A stretch of 64,000 nt of DNA from the human T2T-CHM13v2.0 reference genome, Homo sapiens. Under the pieces are notes generated by a model. That model searched no databases. It was given only the letters and a program-made list of their open reading frames with translations, and was not told the DNA's origin. A program made the translations under genes and the position numbers. Each line of letters begins with the position of its first letter. Position 1 is the first letter of the stretch. The stretch lies in NCBI RefSeq assembly GCF_009914755.1, contig NC_060925.1; one strand, written 5' to 3'. This document shows positions 60,431 through 64,000 of this stretch, one piece after another.

Positions 60431-60879
60431 CATTAGAGGATCAGCAGTCCAATTCCAGCCCTGCTTCCCACCTTCCAAATAGAGATAACACCTTCTCTGT
60501 CACTGAAAAACCCTCACCAGCATGCACGCGCGCGCACACACACACACACCACACACACCACTTGGCTTATTCACCGTGATGCTGTTAACACCAGCTGGCC
60601 TCCACTTTGGAAAGTGTAAGACCAGATTAGGCTATAAAGCATTACTGTTATTTTCTGAGCAAGCACTTGGGGGTGGTGCAATCCCAGTCAACACTACTGA
60701 AACAACTCAATGTGCTCTTTGTTCTCCAAGTCCTTGATCTTTCGTTCTTATTACAACTTCTCAGGGCCTGCTGTGTTCATTTGAACTGGTTCAGCTGGAA
60801 AAAATATGAGTTGGGTTTTGTTTATACCTTAATCAGCTGACTAGAAAGGGGTTAGAAAGAAGAGAGTGAGGAAGCATTA

Positions 60880-62370
<1,491 letters not shown>

Positions 62371-63369
62371 CTGGAGAGGGTCAAGAGAATTAAAAAAAAA
62401 AACCAAACAAACAAAACCCCACAAAGCACAAACTCTCTCAAATAATGGATTCCCATAAAGCCCACTTGGAATTCTGTGAAAGGGTGTCACCTTGGAGAGT
62501 TATAAAAATCAATTGGCCTGCTTCCAGAACTCAGTGCCTAGGGTTAATAAACTGGAAAGCAGAGGTGTTTTCTAAGACAGACAATTGGTTTTGATGGGCA
62601 CCAAAAAGCAGCTGTTGGGTTTGCAAAAAGGAGTCATTGGTGACTTAGCCAGGAAACATTTCAGTAGAGTAATAGGAGCAGAGACAAATTTACATGGTTT
62701 CAGAAGTCAGTGGATTTGAAGAAATAGAAACAAGAAGTAAAGCATGCACTTTCAAAAGTGGCATTTCTACAACTGTTTTATGCTTTCCTCGTTTCTTTTT
62801 CTCTCTCTCTTAAACACCAATTGTCTGTCCTGGAAAACACTTCTGCTTTCAATTCACTGGGTGCTGTTTTCCGAAAATAGACCAATCCATTCTCATAACT
62901 CTCCAAGATCACATTTACCCTTTCACAGAATTCCAAGAGGGTCTTACAGGAACCCATGATTTGCAGGGTTTTTGCTCTTGCCAAAAAAGTGTTTCTAGAG
63001 AAAATCAATAAAAAGATTGAAAAGTCCCTGGGGGAGTGAGGGTACACCCCACAGGATGGGTACCCCTGTAAAGGGGTCTGCCATGGGTCTGCGTAGGGAG
63101 TCAGTCCTCCTCTCTCTCCAGTGAATGGCACGGTGCCAGTGAAGAAGGAAAAGGGGGCGGCTGCACTCTCAAGCTTCTCTTCTAACACCAAGCTTTCTTT
63201 CCTACTTTAGCTTGAGACCAACAAAAAGTGGAGAACTTAGGGTAGTGTGGGACCAGGTCCCTGGTAAGCTGGGTTCTAGTTCCAGCTCTACTTCTTATCC
63301 CCAGGTTCTACCAAAGAGAGAGTTTTCCTACTCTAGTTTGATTTCTTAAAATACAAATATGATTAATAC

Positions 63370-63840
63370 ATTTGCTTAAAACCTTCAGTGTGGTTTCACC
63401 TTGCCCTAGAATTAAGTTCAGTATCCTTAGTAGGAACAAACAGCACCTTCCACATCTAATAGCTGCTAGATCTCTCCTCCAATTCTCTTGTCCAAACAAG
63501 TGGAATTTTTTTCTTCCAAAGCAACATGCTGTTCTCTCTCCTTGTGGCTTTGAAATGTACTAATCCTCTCCCTAGAGGCCTCAGTTTTCACACTTTATCT
63601 GGCAACCTTGAACTCCTCTCAGTTTTGATGCCAGCTTCTTCAGGGAACTCTTTTCAATTCCCTAGGCTTGGTTAGACCCCTAGATCAGATTATATGTTTA
63701 TTTCCTAGCACTCAAATGCCTTGCGTCGGTTGTTTAAGGTCAGTCTCTCCTACTAGAATATTAAGCATCCATCAGGGCAGGGAGCTTGTCTGCCTTTTTA
63801 CTACTACGACCCTAGCACCAAGCATCAAAAAATGAATAAC
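63370..63840 (+). mobile_element. L2 relic
   Basis: tgcttaaaaccttcagtgtggtttc...ctctcctactagaatattaagcatccatcagggcagggagcttgtc. Confidence 0.65.
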
Positions 63841-63906
63841 ATGTTCTTTTGTTCATTCATTCATTCAATATGTTGTAAGTAGCTGATCATACAATATATG
63901 AAAAAT

Positions 63907-64000
63907 CCTCTCCCTCTCCCTCCCCCTCCCCCTCCCCCTCCCCCTCCCCCTCCCCCTCCCCCTCTCCGTCTCCGTCTCCCTCTCCCTCCTCTCCACGGTC
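63907..64000 (+). mobile_element. SVA retrotransposon 5' end (CCCTCT hexamer region), runs off the window
   Basis: CCCTCT/CCCCCT hexamers, then ctccgtctccgtctccc, then ctctccacggtc, which is the recalled start of the SVA Alu-like domain. Preceded by an A-rich target. Confidence 0.85.

Noticed and set aside
63790-63900. Tail-to-tail L2 ends as a miR-28/151-type hairpin
   Set aside because: The complementarity is short and AT-only, with no convincing precursor stem.

Overview
This is non-coding, repeat-dense primate genomic DNA (intergenic or deep intronic). An SVA retrotransposon starting at the right edge points to a hominoid, most likely human. I recognise no protein-coding exon, RNA gene, CpG island or CRISPR array, and I cannot name the locus. 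The ORF track is largely explained by Alu-derived, low-complexity or decayed-transposon frames. Content: about 42 Alu/FLAM/FAM pieces, several L1/HAL1/L2/MIR relics, solo LTRs (MER50, MST/MLT1, two THE1), an ERVL pol/RNase H relic, DNA-transposon fossils (MER3, MER5, MER58, MER82) and microsatellites. I found no convincing new biological system. The most unusual structures are: (1) a ~262 bp, ~95% identical inverted duplication of non-repeat DNA (46099-46360 / 47241-47511); (2) a 110 bp retroposed mRNA-like 3' end with poly(A) signal, tail and perfect 17 bp target-site duplication (TSD) at 45540-45683; (3) a four-layer nested insertion (9772-12991); (4) one target site reused by two Alus (17062-17722); (5) a 30 bp TSD; (6) a motif-dense candidate enhancer near 38.15-38.85 kb. 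Repeat subfamily names come from recalled consensus similarity and need RepeatMasker/Dfam confirmation. Boundaries without a stated TSD are approximate.
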